Source: Felis catus | Taxonomy: Eukaryota | Direction: 5' to 3' | DNA: 64,000 nucleotides | NCBI RefSeq assembly: GCF_018350175.1 | Contig: NC_058368.1 | Coordinates: 181,600,001-181,664,000 of the forward strand | Shown here: positions 1 to 13,384 of the stretch, in pieces | Layout: each line of letters opens with the position of its first letter | Numbering within the stretch: position 1 is the first letter of the stretch | Made by a program: the position numbers and the translations under genes | Notes under the pieces: model-generated | What the model was told of the DNA's origin: nothing | The model's database searches: none | Seen by the model: the letters and a program-made list of their open reading frames with translations, nothing else

Positions 1-170
1 ATGATGATAGAGGTCAGAACAGGGCTTACCTTCAGGAGGGAACCTTCTGGGATGCTGGGCAGTTGCTGTATCTAGGTGGTGGCTACACATGTATGTACAC
101 ATCCAAAATATTATCAAGCTGTAGAAGACTTTTTACTTTTTGTAAGTTGTATAACGCTGAAAAATTTTAA
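1..170 (+). mobile_element. Old L1 (L1M/L1ME-like) 3' UTR fragment
   Basis: 'atagaggtcagaacagggcttacct..ggaaccttctgggatgctgg..tatctaggtggtggctacac..aaaatattatcaagctgta' resembles the L1M 3' end. Confidence 0.6.
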
Positions 171-222
171 ATTGCAGTAACAACAACAAAAACCTAATTT
201 TTTTTTAAAAGAGGGGTTTGAT

Positions 223-387
223 GGGGCGCCAGGGTGGCCCAGTCAGTTAAGCATCCGATTCTGGCTCAGGTCTTGATCTCACGGTTCATGAGCTGGAGCC
301 CCACATCGGATTCTGTGCTGACAGCTCAGAGCCTGGAATCCATTTCAGATTCTGTGTCCCTCTTTCTCTGCCCCTCCCCTCTACCTC

Positions 388-434
<47 letters not shown>

Positions 435-465
435 AATAAATAAACATTTAAAAAATGTTTAAAAA
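223..465 (+). mobile_element. CAN-SINE (SINEC_Fc type)
   Basis: GGGGCGCC tRNA-like head, 'ctgacagctcagagcctgga', (CT)n, AATAAA/A tail; imperfect TSD aaaagaggggtttg / aaaagggggggtttg. Confidence 0.95.
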
Positions 466-1694
466 GGGGGGGTTTGGTACTTCTTCCCCCTGAGGCATTT
501 TTATGAAATTCCAAATTCTGTCTATGTCTAGCAGAGCATGTTTTTCCACTTCTGTTTTCTAATATCAGTTTTATCAGTAAAGAGGGTATTATTTTGATCT
601 AATATTCTCTACCTTTTTGTTTGTCTGTTGATTCAGAACTCTGAAATACTGTTAATCAGTGCTACTCTAAAGGGTCTCAGTAACTAGGATGGAGATCCCT
701 TAAGCAAAGAGCTGGCTGGCCCATACCCTTCCCTATAGTGCAGGGTATGTGAGTTTGTGGCCTAGGACTCACAGTGGTATCTGAGACAAAGCCCAAGTCA
801 GAGCTATATGCTCTGTCATAGGTTCTAGGACACAGGCTCTCAATAAGGACTGTCACCACCAGATAGGTAGGAATTCGATTACCCCACTCTAAAGTCAGGA
901 AAACAATTAGCCCAAACACAGCTTAGCATGTAGTAGGTATTTCAAGAAGTGTCATTCTCTTCACCTTCTATTCCTTGATTTGAGCTTTTGTATCCCTACG
1001 GAAAATAAGTAACCAATGTATTATATAAAAACTACATTTTCAAGAAAAAATAAAAATATCTGCAACATGGTAAGAGAATTTCTAGATATCTAACCCTTCA
1101 TCAATGTTTTAACCTAACCACACGGAGATATTGCTAAGCCAGGAAGCATTTTGTTCTATGCCATTTTCACAGAGAATATCAACAGAAATTTGGTGACAGC
1201 CTACAAAACTACATGCAGACATGGTCAGAGTTCAAGTTATGCTTAATTACGGGCTGTCAGTTACCAAGTGGGAAGTTCAAAATGCAACAGTTAACCAACA
1301 TACGTGCTAACCTATTCCACAAGAAGAGAAACATTTTTTAAACAGCATTTAACATTTGCTACAAAGCCCTGGAAAGAAGCCAGAGGAAAATAAACAATTA
1401 AAAGATCGTTTCAAGTGACAAATCTACTTGTCTGAGCAAATAAGAGGATGGGACTAGCATTTGGAATGTGTGGGTATCCCAAGGAAAGTGGTGATAAACA
1501 CTCACCACAGACTTTGCTGAATCACTGTCACTATGTGGTGGGAGACAAACAGGGCTGGGTGGTCCCACCCAGCTAACCCAGGCTGTGCTGACAGGATGCA
1601 GGCAGAACTTTTCAGATTGGAAACAGAGATTGAAACTGCCAATGACATTTGGCTGAGAGCATAACTTTGGAAGCCATATTGCCCTGGGGTCACA

Positions 1695-1870
1695 CAGGAC
1701 CTTGTGAATGATCCAACCGCTCTGTGCCTCAGTTACCTCATCCATAAATTAAGAATCATCCCAGTACCTACCTCATGCTGTTGTGAGCATTACATGGCTT
1801 AATAAATGTAAATGCACTTAGAACTAGGCCTGACACATAGTCATCACCATCTGTGTTAGCTACTATTATT
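1695..1870 (+). mobile_element. MIR SINE
   Basis: 'ctctgtgcctcagttacctcatccataaa..gtacctacctcat..gcacttagaactaggcctgacacatag..gttagctactattatt' matches MIR core and 3' end. Confidence 0.85.
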
Positions 1871-2539
1871 TTTGTCTGCCCAAACTAAGATGTTTAGGAA
1901 ATCTCTTCATTAGTAGCACCATCTGCAGATTATAAACACACACACATATACACATAATGATCTATATTTCTATGTCTATATAAACCCATTAAAATTCCTG
2001 TGTCTTTCTTTGCATGGCCTGACTTGTTGTACACTGGGTTCAAATAACTCAATTATTAACTGTGCCCTAGCCATCTAATTGAATCTACACTCTTTAACCT
2101 TAAAAGATAAATGCCTATACCAATATGCTATAATACACGATGAACCTTACATATAAGAACATTCTACTAAGCTCCCAGATCCTTCCTTTTGTTTCCCATA
2201 TTTCAACTAATCGTTAAATTTCAGCTCCCCAACTACCGCACAGCTATGGATTATAAATGTTGTCCAAGGTGTCCAACACTGGCCACTATGTTTTATGAAC
2301 TCCAACCACATTAAAATCTGCACTGGATTATTTCATTGGTAATAAATACTAGACAACCTAGAATGAAAGGGAGTGTGGGATTCTGGGAGTGTGGTCAGCT
2401 TTTCCTACCCAACTATTCTCTAAACTCTTTGTGGATAAAGAACAACATCACGTACCTTTTGTGTACAGGACATGGCCTGAGCCCAGTATGCACTGTCAGT
2501 TTATCACAAGTACCTCACAGACTTCTGTATCTTGCAGAC

Positions 2540-2715
2540 TTTCCATATTCCAAGCACCATGCTAAGTTACAGGTGTCATTTCATTTAATACTTATACTAG
2601 TATACTATTCCAATTTTACAGATAAGGAAAACAAGACTCAGGAAGTTAAAGTACAAGATCTGTAGAAAATCAAACACAAGTCACCTTCATCCCAGAGCCT
2701 GGGGCTCAATATTCC
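2540..2715 (-). mobile_element. MIR SINE
   Basis: 'ccaattttacagataaggaaaacaagactcaggaagttaa' is the reverse MIR core. Confidence 0.75.
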
Positions 2716-3364
2716 TAACTGGCGAATTTAGAGATTCTCTTTCCCATGATTCCTCTCCCAATCAACCTCTCTGCCTTGCTCTTGCACTATAACTTAATTG
2801 GGGGTTTCATCCTATCTTGCCTGAGCTATGGTAGTAGCTCTCTAACTGTACTCTCTATATGGCTTGAACAGTTTGTGCAAAGTGGGAACCTGGAAGATAT
2901 TTGGAAAGGGTTCCAGGAAAGGAGTGGAGAGCTGGGGCTACCAGTGAAGGGTTCGGTCAGCTTCCCAGACTAGGCTGTCCTGGCCTGGAGGGCCTCTCTC
3001 AATATTCCATCATTCCACACACATTTCCCTAAAGTCTCCTGTGTTCCAGCCACTTCACCAGGTTCTGGGGGCAGTGAGATCAACAAGGCACAGTTGCAGC
3101 CCTAGCAAAACTAATCAAAATGAGGGAGAAAAAAACAAAACTTCTCAGAAATGTGTACCTAGGGGAAAGAGTGCCTATTCTAGCAAGTTAGGGAAAGTTG
3201 TGTGACTTTAAAAATATGTACTAGCCCAGGGTCTAAAATGACAGATCAGGACCATCAGTCTTAATAAATAACAGCATTTCTGAAGAACAAAACTAGTCTT
3301 ACAAAGGCAAGAGAATATAAGCCAAGGGCACAAGGTGTAGGTTTCATTTAGGCAATGTTTAGTT

Positions 3365-3980
3365 AGTAGCTACCATGTAGCAGGTAGCACATATGACCCT
3401 AAAAATACAAAGATGAATTTGACATGGTCTCTGCCCTTGGCAAGAGTGCATCATCCAGGTGGCTAGATAAACATGCAACACACAGACTGAATAATTACAA
3501 TGCAAGGTGATTAGTGCCATAAAAGTGAATGGAAAAAACAGGTACAAAAGTACAAAGCACAGAGCAGCCAATCTCGGCTGGAGGAATTAACAAAGACACA
3601 GATGTGATATCTGTGAACAGGATCTTGGTGTCAACTTTCCAAGTGATAGAATGAGGAGTGGCATTTCCTAGAAATGGTAGACTAGACAAGTGGTTCTCAA
3701 AATATGGTCCACAAGCCAGAAAGATCAATGTCACCTGTGAACTTGTTAGAAGTTCCTGACTTGTTAGAAGTCATCCTGACTCAGATAGTCTGATTTTGGG
3801 GTCCAGCAGTCTGTATTTAATAAGCACTCCAGGAAATCTGTGATGCACACTCAAGTCTAAGACTCTTCTGGGCCAAAACATAAAGAAGCAAGAGATGAAA
3901 AGGAAACGGCAAGAAATAACCGTCTATAGTAAACTGGGGCCAGTTCACAGTGAACCTTATAAGTCGTTCTGGGAAATATC
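3365..3980 (-). mobile_element. L2 LINE 3' fragment, interrupted by MER5A
   Basis: 'taccatgtagcagg..aatacaaagatgaatttgacatggtctctgcccttgg..ataattacaatgcaaggtgattagtgccataa' is typical reverse L2 3' end. Confidence 0.7.
3683..3870. mobile_element. MER5A-like hAT-Charlie DNA transposon
   Basis: 'agtggttctcaaaatatggtcc..tcacctgtgaacttgttagaa..cagcagtctgtatttaataagcactccagg..tgatgcacactcaagtctaagac'. Confidence 0.85.
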
Positions 3981-5724
3981 ATTCTTAACCTAATCAGAGT
4001 CCCCCTTTTCTTATTAAAGATGTCACATGTCAAGGTTTTGCCTTGGTTCTTTCATTCACGCTTCAAAGTAACTCCTTATACTAGTGCTACGTTTTTGCTC
4101 ATTTAACATATACGACCTTGGAGGCACAGGAAGGCCATGGAATTTGTCCCAGATTGTGAAAGTAATGTTTGTACTTAGCATCATACACTGCAGACTTCAG
4201 TATTTGCTGCTTTGCTAAAATGCCTTCTCTGGAGAAAGGGCCTGTGCATTGGGTCTCAGGTGAGGGAACAAAGATGCTAGAGTGTTTGAAGTAGATCCAT
4301 GGTCCTATTAGTGTTTTAGGAAGCTCCTCCAGAAGGATCCTGGATAGCATAAGTATTTTGATGACAAGGTCAATTGCCAAAGGGGCTCCTCATGGAGGAG
4401 TTTAGGATACACTATCACTTTGTTGTATAAAAAAACAGCAAAAATGAATATTTTAATGTGTTCACACCATCCAATATTTTATAGCATTAATGCAAGTGAA
4501 TGCGAGTGGCTCGGAGACCAGAAGCTCATTACAGTAATTATTCATTAGTGGCTTTTTCTTTTTCCTTTTTTCTTTCTTTTTTCTTAAACTTGGACTCTAA
4601 AGGCAGGCCTTTCCTTTTCAAGATCATTCCTTTTCAACCCATTTAATGCTTCCTTGTAGGGTCACAATGTTAATTTTAAGGTTATGTTTTAATGGCTTTC
4701 TAAATGACACTTTCATTGTAGTAAAATGAATGCATCAAGTCACTTTTGCCGGTAGAGATGTACTATCAACTCATAGAAGGGTATGAACATTTCTAAACTA
4801 TTAATTTGAAAATGTATTAATAACCTGCATATTTAAAGAAACAGAATAAAAGCAGTGCTGTTTTCACTAGAGCTATTTAGTATAGGGAAAGCTGCATACA
4901 AATTGCTTTTTGAATCCCCTATAGACGATTGCTTTTGCTCATTTTGAAAACCCCTAATTCTCATTGAGAGCTTAGTTTTTAAAAGGGACCTTTCATTCAT
5001 ACAGAAGGTATAAATTTGGGATATATTTCCGCTTCTGCTAAACTAACCAAGTTCTTATTCTCAGCCTGAATCAAAATTATGAACCTTATTTGGACAAAAA
5101 TGCCTTCCTGGTAGCTCCATGTCACCCTGCTTGGGAAGCTTCAGGCCATAGGGCAGTTTTCAATTAAATGTTAAGGCAGGTAAAGAAAATGCACCTGTGA
5201 ATTCATTGCTCTATCTAGTGAATTTATGGTTCCACTATAAATGCACTGATTTAGAGATTATAAAAATAACTACACATGAAAATGTAAATTCAAATATTAA
5301 TACACCATTCTGGGGCCATACCCATTCACAGAAGTTGATCTTACACAATTACCTTAGTGCGTTAGAAACCCCATGGAGACTTAGCTGCCTAAAACTTTCC
5401 TTCACCACACAACTGAAATTTAAAGTTACAATCTTTAGGGTTTTCCTTAATGCACTGGTTAAGGTTAAATAATATAGATATGTTTTAGCTTAGAAATTAA
5501 ACCAAAAATATTATAATTTGCAAAGCATTCAAAGCAATTCCATAAGGTAACATCATTACCATTTAATTTGGTTTTATTATTAATTATTAGGCCATCAGCA
5601 TTCTCACTCTTAGAAATAAACGAGTTTCCTTTTGTTTGTTATTTTCTAGTTTATAACTCTTCTATCTTCAGTTGATAAAGAGGAATTAGCACTTGGGACA
5701 ATATATACACTGTGTGTTTTTCTA

Positions 5725-5842
5725 ATTTTATTTTTTTAAAGATTGTATTTTTAAGTAATCTCTACACTCAGTGTGGGGCTTGAACTCCCAACCTTGAGAT
5801 CAAGAGTCACATGCTCTATGCACTGAGCTAGCCAGGCACCCC
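5725..5842 (-). mobile_element. Short, older CAN-SINE without the (CT)n region
   Basis: 'ttttaagtaatctctacactcagtgtggggcttgaactc..gagatcaagagtcacatgctcta..ctgagctagccaggcacccc'. Confidence 0.85.
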
Positions 5843-6254
5843 TCTAATTCTATTTATATAACTTAACATAAAGATAAAATTAATATCAATTAATAACAGA
5901 GAGAGGGAGGAAATAATAGGGCACGTTGAGGGAAATATGTGAAAATAGAGAGGACACCTTAACCATTTGCCAAGAAATGGAGAAACATTTGGAAGTTGGA
6001 GACGGAAGATGTAGGATCCATTTTTGCCAGCTGGTAGAGACACCTCCTTCTTCCCCAATGGCTGTGGCCCTGAAATACGCCCGATCATCTATTTATATTG
6101 CTCCTCTCCCCAAACCCACGCTCATATCCTCATATCTATGTCCTGGTTTGCCATTTTTCAGAAATGGCTCAAGTTCTATATCTGTAGAAGTTAAAATTCC
6201 CAGCTTCTCTGAATGTGCATATGATGTTTTTTGAGGCTTTATGAGGTTGCTTCA

Positions 6255-6464
6255 GGGGCGCCTGGGTGGCTCAGTCGGTTGAGCATCTGACTTCGACTCA
6301 GGTCATGATCTCACAGCTCCTGAGTTCGAGCCCTGCATCGGGCTCTGTGCTGACAGCTCAGAGCCTGGAGCCTGCTTCAGATTCTGTGTCTCCCTTTCTC
6401 TCTGCCCCTAACCAACTCGCATTCTGTCTCTCTCTCAAAAATAAATAAACATTAAAAAAAATAT
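6255..6464 (+). mobile_element. CAN-SINE (SINEC_Fc type)
   Basis: Full head to A tail; perfect 13-bp TSD tgaggttgcttca (6242-6254 and 6465-6477). Confidence 0.97.
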
Positions 6465-6821
6465 TGAGGTTGCTTCAAATCCAATGAACGATAGCACCTG
6501 ATATCTTTTCTTCAAGTCATGATAAGTCTGAGACAGGAAAATTACAGGTCAGGAGAAAATACAAATCATGAGACATGGCTTCCCTTTCTGTGTGCATACT
6601 TCTAATTAGAAACATATTCCATCCCATGCATTCTTCACATAGTGGTTCAAAGAGAGAAATCTAGAACAAGACCACCTGATGGAACCCTGCTATATTACTT
6701 ACTAGCTATGTGACCTGGGACAGCTGATTTAATCTCACCAAGCCATTTAACTTACCATAAATTGAGTCAACAAGTCCTACTTGAAGAAATGTTGCGAATG
6801 TTAATTTAAAAGTTGTGTGTA

Positions 6822-7045
6822 GGGGCACCCGTGTGGCTCAGTCAGCTAAGCATCTGACTCCTGATTTTGGCTTAGGTCAGGATCTCGCAGCTCATGGGTT
6901 CAAGCCCCACATCAGGCTCCACATTGACAGCTCACAGCCTGAGGCCTGCTTGGGATTCTGTCTCCCTCTCTCTATCCTGCGCCCCGCCCCGCTAGCTCTG
7001 TCTGTCTCTCTAAAACACATAAACATTAAAAAAAAAAAAATTTAA
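6822..7045 (+). mobile_element. CAN-SINE
   Basis: ggggcacccgtgtggctcagtcag head, CT-rich region, A tail. Confidence 0.95.
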
Positions 7046-7062
7046 ACACAGCTGTGTGTAAA

Positions 7063-7276
7063 GGGGCACCTCGGTGGTTCCATTGGTTAAGTTTGTAATT
7101 CTTGATTTTAGCTCAGGTCCCGATCTCACAGTTCATGGAACAGAGCCACACGTTGGGCTCTGTGCTGACAGTGCAGAACCTGTTTGGGACTCTCTATCTC
7201 TGTTCCTCCCCTGATTCTGACTGTGTTCCTTCTCTCCCTCCCCCTCTCAAATTAAATAAATAAACATAAGAAAAAT
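7063..7276 (+). mobile_element. CAN-SINE (more diverged)
   Basis: ggggcacctcgg head, 'gggctctgtgctgacagtgcagaacctg', AATAAA tail. Confidence 0.92.
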
Positions 7277-7867
7277 AGAAGTTGTGTGTAAAGGACCTAG
7301 GGCAGGGCTTAGTACACAGTTGGTACCTAACACATATTGTCTGCAAATAGTATAAAGCCAAGTTATGTACTGGATATCATAGCCATCAGTGAATATTTCC
7401 ATATATATGTGTATCTATACATACCTGTGTAAATAATTACTGGATCAGTTTACGAAAAACCATTCAGAATATGGCTGCTAACTCCAAGAAAAACACAAAA
7501 TACAGGGAAAAGAACTATACAAAACCATTTTGTTAAACAGACCCCATAACTAATTCTAAGCCACCTCATAGGATCAAAGACACAAACTCTGCTCAAACCC
7601 ATTCCTTAGTGGAATGAGTAAAAGTTATACTCCTCAATTCTTCCTGGTCCAGGCCAGATTACACGAGCTCTTTGAGTTCGCAGCATGCATCTGAATTTGT
7701 GATTGCATACTTATCTTAGTGATTACTTGCTTTCTCACTAGGCTGTAAACTCGGTGAGAGCAGGGGTTATGAAATTCCTCTCCTTTTAACCCATTTTTCA
7801 TTTGGCATCTCACTTTCAGATGTTCCTCCTCAAGTAATCTACCAAGTCTCTACAGACATTCTGGAAA

Positions 7868-8032
7868 GATGGCTTTCATAATTTAGAGCACATCGGAATC
7901 ACCTGGAGGACTTCTTTGAACATTGACTGCTGAACTCAACTCCCACAGTTTCTGATTCTACTCGGTAAGAAGTTGCATTTCTATTAAGTTTCTAGGTGAT
8001 GGTGTTAATTACTGTTTTAGAAACCACACTGT
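7868..8032. mobile_element. MER5-like hAT-Charlie fragment
   Basis: 'gcacatcggaatcacctggaggactt..agtttctgattc..ttgcatttctattaagtttctaggtgatg..accacact'. Confidence 0.75.
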
Positions 8033-8344
8033 ACATACACTTGAAGTGCTACAGCTATTTCCTTCCACTGTGAGGAAGTGCCATATAGTTTTCAAAACAC
8101 CACCAACCAGTTTTAACCAAATCCAGACACCTATGGTGAGGACAAATCAGCACTATCTAATCACTCTAGCATATCCATGTTGTTTTTCACATTTGGTTAT
8201 CTTAGGCTCTATAGAGAATCTTAGGTACTAGAAATTGTACTTGCAGCCAATGAAGATACCAGCTGTCATTTATGAAACACTGGCTATTACTAGGCATTGC
8301 AAAGGCCCCTGACACTAATGACTCCCTCATTTGCAGGTTTTCAT

Positions 8345-8470
8345 GTACCACCACTGGATTATGAACTCCCTGGGGTAGGAGATGGGATCTTTATAACCTT
8401 CCCAACATCTAGCACGGTGCTCTGTTCATAGCAGATGTTCAGGAAAGTTTTACCAAAGGAAGTAGTGAAT
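8345..8470 (+). mobile_element. L2 3' end
   Basis: 'ccactggattatgaactccctgggg..tctagcacggtgctctgttcatagcagatgttcagga'. Confidence 0.65.
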
Positions 8471-8855
8471 GCCATATCATAAAAATAAAGCAATGATGCC
8501 CGTTTCGATAAGCCACACAAGAACATTATGTGGGAGGTAACCTTCCAGGAGAGATGTGAGTATTGAATGCCTATCAGGGGCAAAGTTTTACATAAAGTCA
8601 TATTTTATATCAATTTTCACTTGAAATCTAGGAGGGGAAGGCAAAAATATAAATAATTATATCCTAAGATGGTTATAAAATAAAACAATATAGACAAATT
8701 GCTATGGGAGTCACAACCTAATATTAGGAAGATGGACCCAGGATGGTACATCACCAAATCTCTTTCTGTCCTTATGGAAACATTTATGTTTTTTGCTTTT
8801 ATTTCTTGGAATCCTAGAATTTTATTGATGAGAGGCACCTTCAAAATAAACTTTG

Positions 8856-9081
8856 TATTTAAAAAAATGTTTAATGTTTATTTTTGAGAGAGAGAGAGAG
8901 AGAGAGCGTGAGAGCGAGCACGTGAGTGGTGGAGGGGCAAAGAAAGACACTGAATCTGAAGCAGGCTCCAGGTTCTGAGCTGTCAGCACAGAGCCCGATG
9001 CAGGTGTCGAACTCATGAACTGTGAGATCACGACCTGAACCGAAGTCGGACACTCAATCGACTGAACCGCCCAGGAGGACT
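8856..9081 (-). mobile_element. CAN-SINE (SINEC_Fc type)
   Basis: (GA)n, 'gaatctgaagcaggctccaggttctgagctgtcagcacagagccc'; TSD aaataaacttt. Confidence 0.95.
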
Positions 9082-11319
9082 CAAATAAACTTTTACCAAA
9101 CCATTTGGTTTATGGATGAGCAATTTGAGGTCCTGTGAAAAGTAAAAAGTCAAAGATCACAAGGCGAATATTCTTAAACAAATCACGTTGCTTGAATCCT
9201 AGACCAGTGTTATTCCTAACCAGATAAAAGCGGTGGCATATGAAACTATTCTCCATACATACACTACTGGTCTAAATTATAGCAGTCCAAGAGATACAAT
9301 ATTTACATCATTTAAAATTAAAATAAAATCCCTTTACTAACTCAGGGCTCAAACCAGATTTATTCAGAATAATATGATCTAACAAATCTACTTTTCTCAA
9401 TAGAATTAGAAAATGCACTGCTGATATCAAAATCTCTGGAATATGGCCTAACTTGTTCTGGATATAAATATAATTTTTCTTTTTCTGTACTTTTGGCAGA
9501 ATCATTTCCTTTCTGCATATACCTGCATATACCTTTATATAGAAAGCAGATTTAAACTTCATTTATCTTCCTTTAAAGAAGAAAACACTGCACAGGGAGA
9601 TTATGAAATTCAATATTTTGAGAGCTTAGTTAAATAGATATACTTGCAAAATAAAATGTGAGGTATCCCATTAGGATGAGTTTTCTTATACACATACAAT
9701 CCTGGATGTGTATATACCAGGGAATATAATGAGAAAAATCTAAAGGTCCATTTATTCTGGACTCATCCCTTATATGTTATATCCCTGGTTTACTGCAACT
9801 TGAAATAGTCTTTAAGATCCCAGGTCAATGAGATGAAAGAATGACCAGAATCCGGTCTGTTCATAGAAAGAATATGGTAGGACACAAAAGACGCATTAAC
9901 AGCACAGTTAGCTTCTAAGAAGTGGAGGAGTAGAGGATTCTGCAGAAGATAATTATATTCTTCCTAGAGTTCACTTCTTCTCTAGATATTACTTTGCACA
10001 TCAATATAAAGTTCTGATAATTTGTTGAGAAACATTCTAGGTACAGCTCACACCTTTCTATATCCACATCAGAAAAACCATTTGAGGTCCATGAAATTCT
10101 GTATAATGAGACCCACCTTTTAGGAGGAGAGCTGGCTCTGGGAATAGGCCTATCTTGATTATCTGAGGGGGCACACAGAGTCCTTGACTTCCCCCAAATG
10201 TATTACTTTCAATTAGCTACAACGCTGACCTCCAAATCTACTTGGCTTCCTAATTCTGCCATTAGTCATCCCTTTGAGTTAGGTATTAACCATCAAAGGT
10301 CACCATTAAAGTGTATACATGCTATGCTGAAGGGGAGTGTGGGCCATTAACATCCATTTACACATTTGCCTGGATTTATTAAGCTCATAAGCTGTCACTT
10401 GAGAGCACAGCCTATAAGGAACAGAATGCACAGAACAGGTAAATCAGCCTGGGGAGGGGAAGAGTAGGGGAAAGAGGGAGGGAAGGAAAAGGACAATGCA
10501 ATTAATGAAATATATGCAAATATCAAGCCTGAAACTTTGACCACTATAAACCCTAGCAGAAAATATTTGGGAACAAGTTGCCCAATAAAATAAATTCAGC
10601 AGGCTCAGCACATTGCTCAAGCACACGAATCTTAAAAGATTCACTTCATTGTATTTGTTACTCATAATTAGTAAGGTGAATTTGTAAGTCAGGACCTTAG
10701 GACTACAAAATCAAAGAGTCTAATGCTTTACCACATTTGGATTTCAACCACAAATTTATTTATAAATTAAGGTGTGTAGAATGTACCCGTTAGGTTGAAT
10801 GCAAGACTATGGAAAGAAATCTGAAATCAAATAATTTAATCTTTCTGCCTCATTTTATCCATCTGGAAAAAAAAATAGCTATAGCTATTTCCTACCAATT
10901 CTCACAGGGTTGGTACAAGATTTAAATGAGCTTCGCAATCTTTTTTGAGATTCTGTAGAAGCTGCTTGCAATATATCAAAGTATTTAAACTGTGTTCCCC
11001 ATTGTATAAATTCAAAGTACTTGTCAGCACCCCATGAATGTTTTACTAAGGTCACCTGAAGGAAACACATTTATTCCAGGTTTCTATTTTCCACTCTAAT
11101 CTATATAGAGCAAAGTTTTTGATCTTATCAGCTGTTTGATCTTGGCAGTTATAATCAAGGAGTTTCCTATAAAAAGAAAGAAAGGGCTACGCACTCATAG
11201 AGACTTTCAAAAACACTGCACTAAGAAACTGGAGACCTACAGTCTAGCCCCTCACTTTTCAACTGCTGGGGCCACTGAGCAGGACCCTAAGACTCCCGTC
11301 CCCAAAAGATGGTGGTACG

Positions 11320-11823
11320 TAATCTGGCCCCTGCGTAACTCTCCCGTCTTCGCAGGTACTACTGTCCCACTCACTCACTGTGCCCTGGCCCTGCAGGCCT
11401 TCTTTCTGTTCCTCAAACACTCAAGCTACTTTCAGCTTTAGTGTCTTTGCACCTGCTATCTATACCACCTGGTGTATCCCTCTGTCAGATCTTGGCCTCA
11501 CTGGCTCTTTCTTCTCATTCATGTCTCAGCTAAAAAGTCCTCTTTTCTAAAGCAATTTTCCTGACTGGTTACCCACTGCCATGTTTTATTTGTTTCATAT
11601 CACCACACCCAGGCTTTTATTGTTTCCATAATCTTCAACAGCCATCTGATATTATCGTCCTTATTATTTTTTATCCGCCTCCCACTGGAAGATGGGACCA
11701 TGAAAGCAGGGACCTGGTCTGCATTGCTAAAGGCTGAAAATCAAGCACTAAAAACAAAAACACAAGAAAAAGTGATCTGGGCCCAGCCATCCTTGGCAAA
11801 TATTTACTGAAGAAATGAAAGAA
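11320..11823 (+). mobile_element. L2 (L2a-like) 3' portion
   Basis: 'atctggcccctgc..ggccttctttctgttcctcaaacac..ctttgcacctgct..tcattcatgtctcagctaaa..cctcccactggaa..ccatgaaagcagggacctggtctg..aaatatttactgaa'. Confidence 0.85.
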
Positions 11824-12999
11824 GTATCTTGGCACTGGGAGCCACGTGACCCGGTTTTCCCTGCAGCTATCCTCCTAACTAAATCTGTGACCTTTGTCAA
11901 ATCCATTAACGCTAAGAGCCCGGATTCTTTATCCAAGAAATGGATACATGAAGCATATGTGCTTCTGCTCCGCCCTGCTGCACCCATGATGGGCATCTTT
12001 AGTTGATCTTGTCACTTTTCCACCAAACCATATGGGCCTCACATTCTTTGTCAACACAGCACTCCAAGCAGCCACTATTAAGTCTTTGCTGATGGAATGT
12101 GAGATAAAAAGTTTTCACCAGATGATCTCCAATGATTCTTTCAGGCTCTGTACAGATATCTACGATTTAAGAAAAGGGCCAAAGAAAATCATACATTAAA
12201 GTCCCTTCCCCTTCTGTGTCTAAGTCCAAAGTCATATGTAAAAATTCTCTCAAGTCAAATCAAAAGTGCCAAAAAATTAGGGCCACACACCAGGACTTAG
12301 AAAGAGGACGACAAGAGCTACCAATGAGAAACTTAAGTTCACGGTATTATACGATGGCATGAATGTCTCAGAAAGACAACTCACGATAACAACTAATTAT
12401 GTATTTTCCTTCTCTTCTAAAGGTCTGAAAAGGCCCCATAAGAGTTTTCAATATTATGAGAAATAGTAATTTCACTTTGATGCTTTTTTCTCAATTCAAA
12501 TCCCATTCTGGGATAACAGTCAGGATGACTTTGGAGTTTTACTAGGAACTGTTTACCTATCAGTTTCTACTTTCTCACCTCTCTTAAAGCAATGAGGTTC
12601 AAGCCTCATCTCTCACCAGAGCTTTACTGATTTGGGCCTTTTCTGGTCTGGCCTTCCCCCAGCCTCTCTTCCACATAGCACAAGACTGCAATTTATCAAA
12701 TAAAACCCTTGCCTCTCTGACCCCATCACTTCCCAACTGAAAATGTTTTGATGTCTTCCTTTCTCTTCCATGGTGGTGCCTAAACTCTCTACCACCCGCC
12801 CCCCACCCAAGCCCTTCCCTTTGTAGGCATGCCTCAGCACTAAACTCCTCCCCCACTTGCCTCCTTACCATGCTCCAAAGCTCACTTCTCTCTGCATGTT
12901 CAGAGAGAACCTAACCAGTCTGACTCAGCCAAGAGGACCAGACTCACAGGCTGCTTCCCCTTCAGGTCTTCTCCATCCTCCACCCCATCTTAGGAAGAG

Positions 13000-13200
13000 A
13001 TAGCAATCTTGCTGTGAAATCATATTAAACTGTGTCTATGCTTATCACTTATCCCATTAACTTACAATTATATTTCATTTTCCCTCCTCCACCAGACAGA
13101 GTTCTTAGAGAACAGAAATGTTGACCATTACCTCTGTCTCCTCTGTGGCTAGCACAGTGGCCTTCCTGAAGCACATTTTTTAATTTTAGTGAATTTCTAA
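13000..13200 (+). mobile_element. L2 3' end
   Basis: 'tccaccagacagagttcttagagaacagaaatg..ctagcacagtggcc'. Confidence 0.55.
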
Positions 13201-13384
13201 AATGTAACCAATTCCCTGCTTTCGAGGTTTGCCTTTCTTTGAAGTTTTTTTTTTCTTTTTTGTTGTATTCGCCGAGTATTATACACTGTTATGAATTTTA
13301 AACATATTATTTCATATAATAAACACAAAATTATCTACCAGACAAATTTCTACATACTTTTAGGACATTCACTAATTTGATCTG

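Larger units (their letters stand above)
6635..7340 (+). mobile_element. MIR SINE split by two CAN-SINEs
   Basis: 'tacttactagctatgtgacctggga' before the SINEs; 'gtgtaaaggacctagggcagggcttagtacacag' after them. Confidence 0.7.
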
